Positions 1 to 11,888 are shown, counted from the whole stretch's first letter. The stretch is 57,277 nucleotides of DNA, filler included, from Sphacelaria rigidula (GCA_964200075.2; 4 parts of 4 records of this genome joined end to end with filler, not necessarily neighbours in it), one strand, 5' to 3'. Translations and numbers: made by a program. Notes: generated by a model from the sequence alone, not told the origin.

Positions 1-98
1 CGTTGTTTGCCCCGTCTCGAAAGAGATGCGTGATCAATCGTCAAACAACTGAGGCAAGCAACAAATGAATCCGCCCCCCCCCCCGCCCCCGCCCCCCG
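1..98 (+). mobile_element. 3' end of a LINE-like repeat with C-rich tail
   Basis: Similar to 7535-7606 and 14095-14200 (...tcgaaagagatgcgtgatcaatcgtcaaa...aggcaagcaacaaatga..cgccccc). Confidence 0.7.
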
Positions 99-130
99 CA
101 CACGCGGCACCGTCTCTTCCCTCGGAATAG

Positions 131-232
131 CTTCCCAGCGGAGCCGAGTCTACAGATGACAAGGATAACGAAGCCGAGGTCGGAAGCCAAAGCCCTCAGA
201 GCAGTGACAGCGCGGGTCGTGAGACGGACGAG
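131..232 (+). CDS. PI4KB: Probable internal exon of PI4-kinase gene (LPSGAESTDDKDNEAEVGSQSPQSSDSAGRETDE)
   Basis: Pyrimidine tract then AG at 129-130 and GT donor at 233. The 102 bp are open and phase 0, matching the downstream exons. Linkage to the kinase is inferred. Confidence 0.55.
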
Positions 233-728
233 GTAAATGCGTCGCTTCAGTTCTCCTGTGTGTTTTCACCCTCTTTTCGCGCGAAGACTACAACGATACG
301 TTTCTCGGTATCTAATCTTGCTGTGCTGTCTTGTGTGTGTGTATCATATCTTTTTCCATGCAAGATGTACTGAATGACGCCAACTATGGGTACTACACTC
401 GGCAAGCCACCAGTCGAAGTCGCACGGGTGTATTTGCCGTCAGCGTGGTTGTTTGATTGATATTTTGCACGCGTGTTTTTCCCAAACGTCAGAATGTTTT
501 ACTCGAACGCTCGTCGCACCTCAGTGTTCTCCCAGCGCTGGCTCGTTCGCTCGATCCAATGCTTTGCCGCGTAGGTGTGTCATGTTCCATGAAGCATGAT
601 GCAGAGAATGATTTTCTGTGTATACTTTTGCACGTACACACGCGCACGCGCAAAGAAAGAAAAAAAATGAAACACAAGAATCTGTTTCCAACGTATGCAC
701 ATATATATATATACACACATCAAAGATG

Positions 729-1956
729 CTCCCCTTATCCCCTACGTCGCCAGTATTCACTACAGTATCACCCGTACCCGCATACTGGGCACGGCCAGCA
801 TTCAACCGTATGAGACGGCAAAAATACCCAGTATTTCCAGTATCCGCCAGCATCAGGCTGCGAATTGCCCAGTATCGCCAGTATCCGCCGGTATCAGGCG
901 GCGAAATACCCCGTATCGCCAGTATGCGACAGTATCAGCAGGCGAAATATCCCGTGTCGCGAGTATCCGCCAGTATCAGGCAGTGAAATGCCCAGTGAAA
1001 TTCCTCCTAAATGAGATGTGATATTTTCCAGCATCATACCACAGCGAGAGACACTCAGCTGCACAAACACACACACCCGAAGAAGACCCCTACTGGTCAA
1101 CTCCCACATACACCAGCCTTACGAGAATGCCAGGGAATGGTTCTAGTAGCGTCGCCGGGAAAGCCCTGTTGTGGTGGGGGTGATGAAGCGGACAGTTTGG
1201 GACGTGCGGCAGACCCCAACGGCCCGGACCTGCTGCTCGTGCAACACCACCGCCAGCTGCGGGAGAGGAGAGCACCGCGAGCCTTCCACCGACATCCGGA
1301 CGAAGTCAAGAAGGCCATCCAGGACCACACTTTTACCGCGGGCTGGGACCAAAACTGCGTTTTTTTTTATTGGCTGCTTCCGCATAAAACCATATCTGCT
1401 TGTTTCTAGCCACGGACAGATGAGCTCGTATACTTGTTGTTTTGGCCGTCAAAGTCTGCGTGCCTCCTTGCATTTTCATGCTGCGTTGTGTTTCGCTTCG
1501 TGTGATGGGAAAGTAATACACTTGTACTGGTACTTGTTGGTGGGTGTAGTGGTATTTCTGGATACGAAGTGCTGGAGGTCTGCACGTGCTTGAAAGTTAA
1601 TGTTCTTTGGTTCACCCTATCACCTCGGCAACGTTTTGGATGGAGTAAAAGCCAGTATCCACCAGTGCGAGGCTGCGAAATACCCAGTATCCGCAAATAT
1701 GAGCCAGTATCAGGCGGCAAAAATACCCAGTATCGCCAGTATCCGCCAGTATCAGGCGGCGAAAATACCCAGTATCGCAAGCATTCGCCAGTACAAGGCG
1801 ACAAAAGTACTCAGTATCACCAGTATCCCATAGTATCAGGTTCCAAAATACCCAGTATCATCAGTGTCCACTATTCATAGTATGAGATGAGGAATTACGG
1901 GCGGCGTACGGATACCGGTCAGTATGGACCATACTGGTACGGATCATACGGAGAGA
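729..1956. mobile_element. Non-autonomous element with subterminal CCAGTATC motif arrays (about 820-985 and 1650-1865)
   Basis: Dense repeats of ccagtatcgccagtatccgccagtatcaggcggcgaaatac (~40 bp period) at both ends, weak inverted termini. Boundaries approximate. Confidence 0.55.
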
Positions 1957-2178
1957 ATATTTGACTACATGTATATATGCACAGAGATAATACCGAAAGC
2001 AAGGAACAATCCAACAACCTTCCGTCAAGGAGCACTCAACACCTATTCACGCACACACACACATGTATGATTCGTGTGGAGACCTCATTATTCATTTTTT
2101 TCTCTCTTGTTTTGTGTGCACCGCACTTTTTCGCCCCGCACCCGTATCCCTTCACCCGCTGACCCCACTCACCAACAG

Positions 2179-2481
2179 CGACAAGAACGGCCTAACGAAC
2201 TCCTCATCCAACTCGAGGTGGATGATGACCAAAGTCTGACCACAACCTCTCGGAAGACCTACTCGCAGGCGGCGAGCGGCAACAATGATGCCAATCTTGG
2301 CGCTGCGATGTTGGTCATGGATGATTTGACGCTTGGTGGTGGTGGCAGTAGTAGCGGCGGTGACGGCGGCGTCGGCAGCGGCGATGTTGATGAACGGCGC
2401 ACGGAGTTCCAAGCGGAGGAGGTCGAGCGGGTTGGGGATGGGGGAGGGGATGAGTATGACGGTGGCGGTGCTAGCTCACAG
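2179..2481 (+). CDS. PI4KB: PI4-kinase internal exon, acidic/Gly-rich linker
   Basis: CAG acceptor at 2176-2178 and CAG|GT donor at 2481/2482. 303 bp, phase 0, RQERPNELLIQLEVDDD...GGGASSQ. Confidence 0.65.
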
Positions 2482-3027
2482 GTGGGGGGGCTGCGTGACA
2501 TATACGAGTGTGAGCACGTTGATGGGACAAGGCAGGCAGTGCTCGCAGACAAGCGAGACCGTGCTTTTGCTGCCTCCAGCGATGTCTCGGGGTTTACTGT
2601 AAACTGTTTTTTTTTTGCGATTAGTGAATGTCGTCATCCGCTTGTGTTGAGTGTCTGTACACTCACACACCCACAGACGTTGGCACGTTTTTTGTAACTT
2701 TTGTAAAAGTCGATACGGTTTCACTTGTTTCCCCGGCGTTTTTTTTTTTTACGACGCTGGTACCTTTCCCCCCCTCGACATATGGTCGATTCAATTATCT
2801 TGTCCTCTTTTTTCTCCTCATACACTCGAAACCCACACTGTCTGTGTTTTTTTGTTGTTGTGTACGTTATTTTTCTTCAGTTCATGACACGCCTTTGCCG
2901 TCTCCCTTCGCCGAGTTTCCTGTCGCGAGTGTTTCGGCTTTGTTCACCTTTGTTCACCTTTGTTCACGATAACTTGATGTGCGACAAGCAACCAAAAAAG
3001 CATTGCATTCGTCATACGCCACAGCAG

Positions 3028-3393
3028 GGAGGTTTCTGGTACGGCGAAGGTGGCGGCGCAAGCGCCCTCGAGGCGGCCATGGGACAGTGGGGTGGCGACC
3101 TTATCCACCTCGACACCGGCGGAGATACGGAAGAGACCGACGACGACTCCTCTGCACACGGATTATTCATTGCCCAGGGAAATTCTGAGCAAGCTATTGC
3201 CGCGGACGATGCCGCCGGCGACGGCTTAGCTGGACGGCGAGTGACGGCGGCGGAGGGGCAACGTGTTGGAGATGATGCCGCTGCTGTGAGCGGTGGGGGG
3301 GTGGATGCCGTGGGCGAATGCGACGGGCGGAATGACGAGCTCGAGTCGTGGGAAATTGTCGATGCTCCGTTGGAGTATTGGGAAGGTTTTCCG
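3028..3393 (+). CDS. PI4KB: PI4-kinase internal exon
   Basis: CAGCAG acceptor (start could be 3025) and CCG|GTACGA donor. 366 bp, phase 0, GGFWYGEG...LEYWEGFP. Confidence 0.7.
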
Positions 3394-3829
3394 GTACGAA
3401 ATGCGAACGGTGTACATGTGTGTATTTGGTGATATCGGAATATGGGCAAAACAGCCAACATATTTATTTGCCCTTTTTTTCCGCCGCTACAGATTCGCAG
3501 CGCGAACTTGATCTCTGTATCACGCCGTTATTTGATGCTCAAGTCTGTTTGCTTTGTCTCTTTTTTTTGTTACAGCAAACGCCGCGCAGCCCGTCCGCCG
3601 TGATATATTTCACTTAGAGGTAGACACGATATTTCAACTCGATACTATTCTCCGATGTTATGTCGCACCGTGTCTCATTCTGCCCACCGTGCTGCTCACA
3701 GTGAATATAAAAGTTAGCACCGAACATGTCCTCTGTGTTTCTTCATGCAATCAAAACCCCACCTTGCTTGCTCGATCCCTCGCTACCCTCTTCGTTCTAC
3801 TACGGTCCCACCCATCCGACCCCGTGCAG

Positions 3830-4537
3830 ACACCATCTCTCACCGGCACCGGCCCCGGCGGCGCAGCCGAAGGCAGTGGCAGCAAATCTGACAGTCAGAG
3901 CGACAGCTACAGCGAGTACCTCGCGGCCGCCGAAGCGGAGAAAATGGACCAACTCATGGCGGCAGAGGCCGAAGAAGAAGAGGCCAGAGAGGCTGAGGCA
4001 TTGGCCAGGGGGGGAACCACAGGAGCCGGCGCCGCTGGCGCCGGCGCCGGCGTGCGTTACTATGGCGGCGGCGGACGCTACTATGCTGCTCCTCCGCCTT
4101 CCGTGGGCGGGGGTGCAGGGGCACGGAGAGTCAGTGGAGCGGGGGGCGGGCGTAACAGTAGGGAGGGAGGGCGACGAAGGAAGCTGGGTTTGATACGAGG
4201 AGGCTCGGCGATGGGCGATGGTGGCGGCGGTGGACAGGATCAGCAGCAACAACCGCGTATTATTTTCAAGGAACGATGGCGGGAAAAGGAAGCGCGCGTT
4301 TGGCAGGAGACGGTGGTCGCGGCTGCGGCGGCGGCGGCGGTTGCCGCGAGCGGGGTACGATCGTCAAGGGGCGGTGTCCGGAATCGGAATGAGTTTGGGG
4401 GGCGGACGTTGGCTACCGTGGCTTCGGTGGATGTTTTCGATGGAGGGGGGGTGAGGGTGAGGGTCGGCGGTACCGAGAGCGCGGCGCCGGCCGCCGCCGC
4501 TGCCAAGGGGTGGAAGCTATTGCCGATTATCGTGAAG
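3830..4537 (+). CDS. PI4KB: PI4-kinase exon entering the catalytic domain (IFKERWREKEARV...GWKLLPIIVK)
   Basis: TGCAG acceptor and AAG|GT donor, 708 bp, phase 0. Motifs match PI4KIII-beta/Pik1 (E-x-W-x-x-K-x-x-R...W-x-L-x-x-x-IVK). Confidence 0.85.
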
Positions 4538-5326
4538 GTGGAAAGAATTGATGTGTGTTGATTCCATAGGCTCATGTCTTTTGATTTCCACACTATTATA
4601 GGTGGTGTACCGTAGCTTGTGGCTCACGGTACATTCCGGCCACGTGAAGCTTTTTTTTTTTCTTTGCTGTTTGGATTGGTAAACTTACTACGGATCAATG
4701 AGCGCTCATTTCGATGTGCACAGGGTCAGCGTGCGGAAGCCTTTCGGCCAAGAAAGGCAGGAAGTGGTTCCTCTGATGAATTTCCGAGAAATTCCCCTCT
4801 CTCCCCATCCCCCCTCCCTACCCCCCCAAAGAAACGAGAAAGTCCCATTAAAATATCAAAATTCACCGCGTGACGTCATTCATGTTCGAAAGTAGCTCGG
4901 TTCCGTAAGGGCAATGGGTGACGTCAGACTTCGACCAAGGAAGATGGCGGCAATCACTTTTCCCGAGATTTCTTTTTTTCATGGCCTATCAGGACGGTAA
5001 AAAACGGCCGGAAAAACTCAGGGTTGGGGTTTAGAAGTTGGGATTTAAGGCCAGGATATGACGGATTCCCCTAGTCAAAACCCAGAAAACTGAACCTGTG
5101 AGGAGAGACGTGCAGCATCTCAGTTGCTAAACCCCAAAGCGTTGGTGCCCAACTCAGGGTCACGAAACGGAACTAGACACCCTGCCCCATAATGACCAAG
5201 GTTAAAGAACACAGCCATAGGGCATATATATCCTAACTGGGGCGATGGCGGATGGCCTGGACACCCGTGACAGCGCCGGTGATAGCAGCCCGTTCACGAG
5301 GTTGAGCCAAGACTACGAGGAATACT

Positions 5327-5589
5327 TGGAGACGATCGGGGGAGCCGAGACACCAGTCGACCTGGCTCATGATGACGCGAAAGGGCGGCAGTCGGCTGCT
5401 CAAGCAGCCGCTGCGAGGACTTGACAGAATGGCCACCCAACGTGAAACTTGCATTAGCTCGCGCAGATACACCGTTGGGTGGCCATTTTGTCGAAGTCCT
5501 CGTAGCGGCTGCATGAGTGGTCCACTTCCGTTCTTCCGCGTCATGTCTAGCCAGGTCGACAGGTGTATCTGTTCCCCCGTTCGCCTCCA
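5327..5589 (+). ncRNA. Intronic long imperfect foldback, candidate pre-miRNA
   Basis: Arms of ~115 nt (5327-5442 and 5473-5589) are reverse complements, with many mismatches being G:U pairs on the + strand. Loop ~30 nt. Lies sense within a PI4K intron. Confidence 0.4.
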
Positions 5590-6479
5590 CGCAGCTAGGA
5601 TTACTGCGTAGTGAACCTTGATCGAGAATGACTGTACTTGCTCAAATACACACACGCGCACACGGGCATGTGCACACTTGTACTACAGACAGTACAGTAC
5701 AGAACCCTTACTACAGACACATTGTACAGAACTGTCTACAGACAGTGCAACGGTACAAACTCTAAACTGTCACAACCTGTACTAGTGCTATATCACACAA
5801 CGATAGGTGCAAAATTTGTGAATGACTAGCGGTCGCCGATGTGCACTACCTTTGTACCCAACTCTGTGTACTGTGCTGGGTTCGTACCCAGGAAGCTGTG
5901 TTGACGATATGGCTGTCGCGTATTCAACGGTACGAGGACAGCACAAACAACTGGAGCCATGCTACGATAGTACGGGGGATATTTTGGGCCACTGCTTCCA
6001 CGAAATTCAACTTCGGATCTTCGTTGTAAGAAGCAAAGATCGTCCGAACGCACGTGTTACCGATAAATAACGCTCATACATACTTCTTGACGCCGTTTTA
6101 CCCAAATGCAATCGCACGGCGAGTGTGTCAGGTTGTCCGAAACACCTATGAGTCATTTTTCCCTGGAATCAAACACCCAACCTGTCGTAGCACGGTTCTG
6201 AATATGCTCTTCCACGCTGTACGGGTAGCACCGCATGGGTGGGCGCAGAGTACAAGCGCAGAACAGCACGGCGCGACTTTTACTTTTGAACTCATGACAC
6301 CGACCACGTGGCATTCGGAACAGAAAATAGAAGTTGGCCACGGTCCACACTACGTGGTAAATTAAACAAACCTGGGGTTTAAACGTAAACAATCCAGTCG
6401 TTTCTCGCTTATCCCCGATTTCTGTTTTATTTCTATGAAACTCTTTATTCTGTGCATTTCGTGGCTCCTTCACCATTGT

Positions 6480-6825
6480 TTGAGGCGTCGTAACATGTCG
6501 TGTAACGCGTGACGTCACTGTGTACGTGACGCTGAAGCACAATCTTTTAGGGTTTGAAACTTCATCGCAAATTTGAAGTGTCACCGCTTCATATAACGTC
6601 TTCATGATGTTTCGTCTCACGTGTAACGTGTAATCCACGTGCAACGTGTAATAGACGTCGGACGTTACATGAAACGTTTCGTATCATGTGTTTTGAACGT
6701 GCGGGCAAGTTAACGTTAACGTGACGTTACGTATGTCACGTTTAAAAATTAACGTTACGCCCACGTTACATTTCGGCCATAACTTAACGTGTAACGCTAC
6801 GGCACGTGTAACGTGTACATCCCTG
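6480..6825. mobile_element. hAT-like transposon terminus with GTAAC/CACGT subterminal repeats
   Basis: Many acgtgtaac/gttacgt motifs ending in CATCCCTG (reverse complement CAGGGATG, an Ac/Ds-type TIR). Partner TIR not found. Confidence 0.5.
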
Positions 6826-6829
6826 CTTT

Positions 6830-7606
6830 TTGAGATGGAAAATGTAGCGTAAAAAACATGCAGAGAAAGAGACTGCTAGCCATAGTTAATAAAGCCGTAT
6901 GAAATGAGGTGTGACAGCGTAGTCGAGAAAGTATGCAAGGAGATGAAGGGAAACAAAGACGAGATGATGTCCATATGTGAATGCGGGACGTACAAGTAAA
7001 AAATGAGAGACACGATAGAAATAAGGGGAAAAGAAGCGCGAAAACGGAAAGTAGACGAGGAAGAAGACCTGAAGATATACGGCGGGTTGGGAAAGGGGAT
7101 AGGGATGAAAATACATTGCATGGCCCACTGGACTCGGCGAAAAAAGTCAAACTACGATTTCGGGTGGGTGACCTGGACCTGCCAAAAAGAAGAGGTATAC
7201 CAGTAGTCGAGTGGAGGAGGTAGTAGATTCACAGAATCGCCCCTGCGGCGAAGCAATAGAGAGTGAACTCATAGAGTGGCGGAATGTGACCTAAACAAGG
7301 AGGAACAGGACGTTCAAGAGGGGGAAATGTGAGAAGTAAACGAAGGTGGCACAAAATCGTTCGATACATTAGACAGTAGCGAGAGAACGGTGGCTATGTT
7401 CGGAGATGGATGGTGACCACAGACGGCGAAATAGGAAGGGGATAAGGTATATAAACGGTTTTTGTGTAGTATATGGAAGAAGCGGAGTGAGCGCCCAAAT
7501 GTTGGAGGTGTCACTAGTAGGAGTAGGAATGGTGCTCCGACTCGAAAGGGATATGCGGTATATGGTCAAGCGACTAAGGCAAATGAGTACGCCCCCCCCC
7601 CCCCCT
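6830..7606 (+). mobile_element. 5'-truncated, frameshifted LINE (ORF2 C-terminus plus 3' UTR plus poly-C)
   Basis: Broken frames read DLKIYGGLGKGIGMK / LHGPLDSAKKVKLRFRVGDLDLPKRR / PCGEAIESE...AECDL, resembling the Cys/His-rich C-terminus of non-LTR ORF2. The 3' end recurs at 1-98 and 14040-14200. Confidence 0.6.
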
Positions 7607-9504
7607 TCCCATGTGTACCACCATGAGAGGTTCAGTGCTATATCCAATTCCACGAGCGGAAAAGGCACCTCACTACTTGAAGCGATTAATCCTTGTTCTC
7701 ATTTGCACTTGACAATACCAGCGGGTTTTGGTGACGGTGGTGAGGAAGGGATGTACTCATGATCTTACATGCCATAGTCATGTGAACACTGACCTCGCAT
7801 CCCTACAAACCCGGGACGAAGCACGCCGGGTTTTCGCCGGACCAGGCTCGGAATCAATCACCAAACCTGTCACTCTCTGAGTAGTCTTGGAGCAGCGTCT
7901 TCAGACACAAAGAGGCCGTTCGGTTGTCCTTGGGTCCTGGTTTCCAAAGGGTTCTTGCTGTCCTACGAGAAGGGATGATGCGCTGGATTTATCCAAAGAG
8001 AAGGCGTGGATAACGGTGTGATTGCCGCGAGGTTGCTGTGGTCGAATCATGTACGTACAGTATTAGTAGTAGGTTTGATTCTCACACCATGCGTGTGTGG
8101 GGAAGAAAACGAAGTCAAGCCAACACCTTGTCTCTCAACGCACCGTATACATTGCATATATATATACCTAGTTGTCCCCACCCTCCTCGCATCCGTCAGT
8201 GTTAAGGGTAGACATTTAGTATGGTGAATGGTACTGGTTTGGTCGAGGAGGGGGGGGGCTACTCGGGGAAATCTTTTTTGAACGGTGAGGCCCCGAAAAG
8301 AAGTCGAAGTCTACAAGACAAAATAGTGGCATATCTGCCGTACAAAAAAAAGAGATTTTTCAAAACTCAAATCATCATGTACTGTTAGCGCATTGTGAGG
8401 TAATCGACCGAGGGTTTTGCGGCCTACTGTGCAGACACTTGTGGGAAGCTATCCCCTGATATTCCTCCGCACACCGGGGGGTCAAACGGGCACTACATCA
8501 TCGAATAGTTTGGGCGGGGTAACAGTGATGGGTTCGAATCCCCACAGTAAAAGTGTACTTCGAGTGTTTCTACCTCGGGGTGGGGAGTGGGGTCGGTAAC
8601 GATGTGACCTGAGCGTGAGTGACTCAACTAGACAAGGATGAGCATAGGATGGACAATCACGTCTCAGACCCGGCTGAGGTCTAGGCTCTCACCAACGCTG
8701 CAGGGTGCACCCCCCAGCAGTCTAGCAACCTCATGTACGATATGTGGGACTCTGAAAAAAAAAGTATCATCGTGCCGGTTGGTGTGTTCTGGCAGAGTGT
8801 TTTCGTCCCAATTAAATTAGTCTGGACGCCTACTGTATACCTTCGGGTGAATGTGGGCGTACCAGCCGGGGTCTATTGCAACTATTGACCATATTTTGTC
8901 CAAGGTGTAGAGGTTTTCGAGGTTGCTGACCGGGCCACCGGGGCGACACGTCCTGGTATGTAGGTTGTATGGGTGTGTATGTGTGTATGTCGTTTGCGTT
9001 TGATCGACCGCCTTTCCCGTTTTCAGGACAGGGGGATAGGGGATAGGGGAAGTAAGAGGGTATTGACATGAACCAGGGTTCCAATCAAAAGTGGAGTGTG
9101 AAGAAGGGGTCTTGTGATCTGAGAGTGTAGTTTTAGTTTGTTGCGAGAAGGTGTCCTGTCTTGTATGCCTGCGTGTGTGTGCGTGCGTGTGTAGAAAATG
9201 CCGAAACGCTGTTTTGCAGCGCGTTGCACTCCTCTGCTATTCATCCATGCTTTTGTTGTTGTTGTTGTTGTTGTTGTTTCTTCGTTGTTGCCAAATAGAA
9301 CACGGTCCTACAGTACATCATTGGGTGGCAGCTTCGATGTTGAGGTCTGCAAGCTATGCGATTGTTGTTACGGTACACACGTGGACGACAGTTGTACAAA
9401 ACAGTAACAACGAGACCAATATGGTACACAGCCCCCTCTCTCCTCAATGCCCCCCCAATCCCGATAACCCCTGTCTCTTGGGGGATGAATCTGACATGTG
9501 ACAG

Positions 9505-9645
9505 GCAAACGATGACCTTCGACAAGAACAGTTCGTGAGTCAGCTGGTGGACGTGTTCGACAAAATTTTCGCGGCGGCTGATTTGGGCGTGAAGCTGCGG
9601 CCTTACGATATCATGGCTACCAGCCCAACGGCGGGTCTGATCGAG
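9505..9645 (+). CDS. PI4KB: PI4-kinase catalytic-domain exon (ANDDLRQEQFVSQLVDVFDKIFAAADLGVKLRPYDIMATSPTAGLIE)
   Basis: ACAG acceptor and GAG|GT donor, 141 bp. Splices in frame to give IIVK-ANDDLRQE, the PI3K/PI4K K-x-x-DDLRQE motif, followed by PY-x-I and GLIE. Missed by the ORF track. Later exons were not found before the contig end. Confidence 0.92.
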
Positions 9646-9803
9646 GTACTGCAGCAGTGCTCATATTTTTTTCTCTTTTTTTCTCTTTTTTCTCTTTGAA
9701 ACCGAAAATTGTTGTTGTTGTTCACCTGGTATGTTATGAGGAGAGACAGACGCACAGGTATATGCAGCTGTGAATTCATGTTGACTTTTTCATCATAATA
9801 TAT

Positions 9804-9968
9804 CACACCTTGGACAATATATGATCAGGAGTTGCAATAGAAAAGTACACATGAAGAATGGGCCTATTGCGACTGTTGTCGGCCGGAAATAGATGCAATA
9901 GGCCTATACCTAATGCAGTACACTTCTCGTATATTGCATCTATTGGCCGTATATTGTCCAGGGTGTGT
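9804..9968. mobile_element. Palindromic MITE (TIR CACACCTTGGACAATAT)
   Basis: cacaccttggacaatata...tatattgtccagggtgtg. Related termini at 8870-8908, 11060-11170 and 11790-11888. Confidence 0.7.
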
Positions 9969-10497
9969 AATATGTTATTCTTGTCATTGTTATCGTCACT
10001 GTGATTGTGATTGCGATTGTAATTCGAAGAGCAAAGAAAACGCCAAGAAAGGTGCGCAGTATTCTGCCGTCCCGAGCTTCTTACCCCCGCCCCTCCCCCA
10101 ATATTTTCTCCAAATATCACTGGGATATTTCCTGCCGGATCACTCATGCATGGAATGAATCGACGTACAATTATTTTTTCTCGCCGCACTTGAAACCCTC
10201 CACCACCCTCCTCCGAACGAATCCGCACTCTCGAAGCGAACGACCCTCGTGTCGTGTCTCCCCCTGGCACCCGCCCGCCTCGGGATTTTGTTTTGTCATG
10301 ATCGAGAATCAGATATTAGATGACGACCACTCCTGCTGCAGCCCGTCGATTTCCTTTGAATTGTCTTGCTCCACTCACGCCCTCGCAGTTTCGATAACGG
10401 TAACCGGTAAAGTCAACCGTCACTGTTGTTGGGGTTCAAATCTAGTAAGTACTCTGTACTGGTTAATCCACCCGAGCGGGGCGGTGTAATGCACATA

Positions 10498-11023
10498 CTT
10501 CCTCTGTCCCATAAGTGAAGGTACGTAAAGTTTGTACGGGCCCTTAACGATGTCCGATTTTTTTTTTTTTATGAACTCTACGGTGTTTTTTGGGTCAAGA
10601 AAATGCGTTCAAAATTTGCAGCTCGTGCTTGAACTATGCCGCCGAACGGCTGCAAAACAAGTAGTCGGCCCCAAAATGGCCGTTGTTTGCCCCTTTCCGA
10701 GGAGGAAAACGTGTCGTTTTTTTTCTTTTTTAATCGCGTGGGACTTCCTGGCAGCAAGCCCCAGTGAAGGCGGGGGCGAATAAAATAAATGAAAACGACA
10801 CTTTTTTTACCCTCGGAAAGGGGCACAAAACGGTCATTTTTGGGGCGACAACTTTTTTTGCAGCCGTTCGGCGGCATGGTTCAAGCACAAGCTGCAAATT
10901 TCAAACACATTTTCTTCATCCAAAGACACCGTGGAGTTCATTTGAAAAAAAACAAACGATCTGACATCATTGAGGGCCCGTACAAATTTAGGTACCTTCA
11001 CTTATGGGACAGGACAGATGAGG
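10498..11023. mobile_element. Stowaway-like (Tc1/mariner) foldback MITE
   Basis: TA|CTTCCTCTGTCCCATAAGTGAAGGTAC ... GTACCTTCACTTATGGGACAG...GAGG|TA. Inverted similarity runs ~240 bp into each arm. Confidence 0.8.
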
Positions 11024-11059
11024 TACATGTATAAATATGTTAATGTATTAGCGCACCTT

Positions 11060-11888
11060 CACACCCTGGGCAATATGTGGTCGATAGTTGCAATAGAAAA
11101 AAACGTACTGCGTAAAGAATAGGCTTATTGCAGCTATTGTCGCTCCGACAATATTCGCAATAGGCGTCGGACCTTGGAGCCTACCCGTACATCCGACCCT
11201 TGATGACCATTCAGCCTAAGGGCTGGGTACGAAAGATACGGCGGGCGAGGCGCACTTGACTGCTCCACATGAAACTAGACATAGCGAAGTGCCTGGAAAA
11301 ATGGTCACACGTCGGGATCTACCTGGATATTACTTCTCATTGAAGTACTGATCCGGATCATGAGCTAGGTCATTTGGCCACTATTTCCGTACTAGCTCCC
11401 GACAGCGATGGGCGCCGAGCACGCTGTGTAGCTGGAAGTAACGTTGTCACGGTTAGGACGAGTCGACACGACCACGAATCACCAAATCCACGATTTTTTT
11501 TGGCCTGATTCCCGTAAGAGAGAAAAAAGTTGATCTCTGGTCCAAGGGGTTTCCACGCAACTTTTGCGCCATTCCACGTGTCTGGGCTGCGTGTACCTGG
11601 GTTGCAACGCTGAAAACAAAGCCTAGGGATTGATTGGTACGATTCGAATCAATTATACTAAAGCCAAGTATTTTCCAGAAGAATCATTATTTGTCCGACC
11701 CCTGAACGCTTTGGTTTCTCGGACACTGCTGCCACGTGTTTTGTGTTTTCGTTCCTACCTGTCTCCTATGGACGAAAGAAGGAAAAAAAGAGGCGTCGGT
11801 CCGACAATAGTCGCCATACGTCGGCGTATACTTTACGCAGTACGGGTTTTTTCTATTGCAACCATTGACCACCTCTTGTTCGCGGTGT
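11060..11888. mobile_element. TIR element of the same family as 9804-9968 with ~600 bp interior
   Basis: ~110-bp imperfect inverted arms (acaccctgggcaatatgtggtcgatagttgcaatagaaaaa.. / ..ttttttctattgcaaccattgaccac...ggtgtg). Confidence 0.6.

Noticed and set aside
618-1021. Repetitive QYRQYPPVSGG ORFs (also 1406-1880)
   Set aside because: Translations of the CCAGTATC motif arrays inside an intron.
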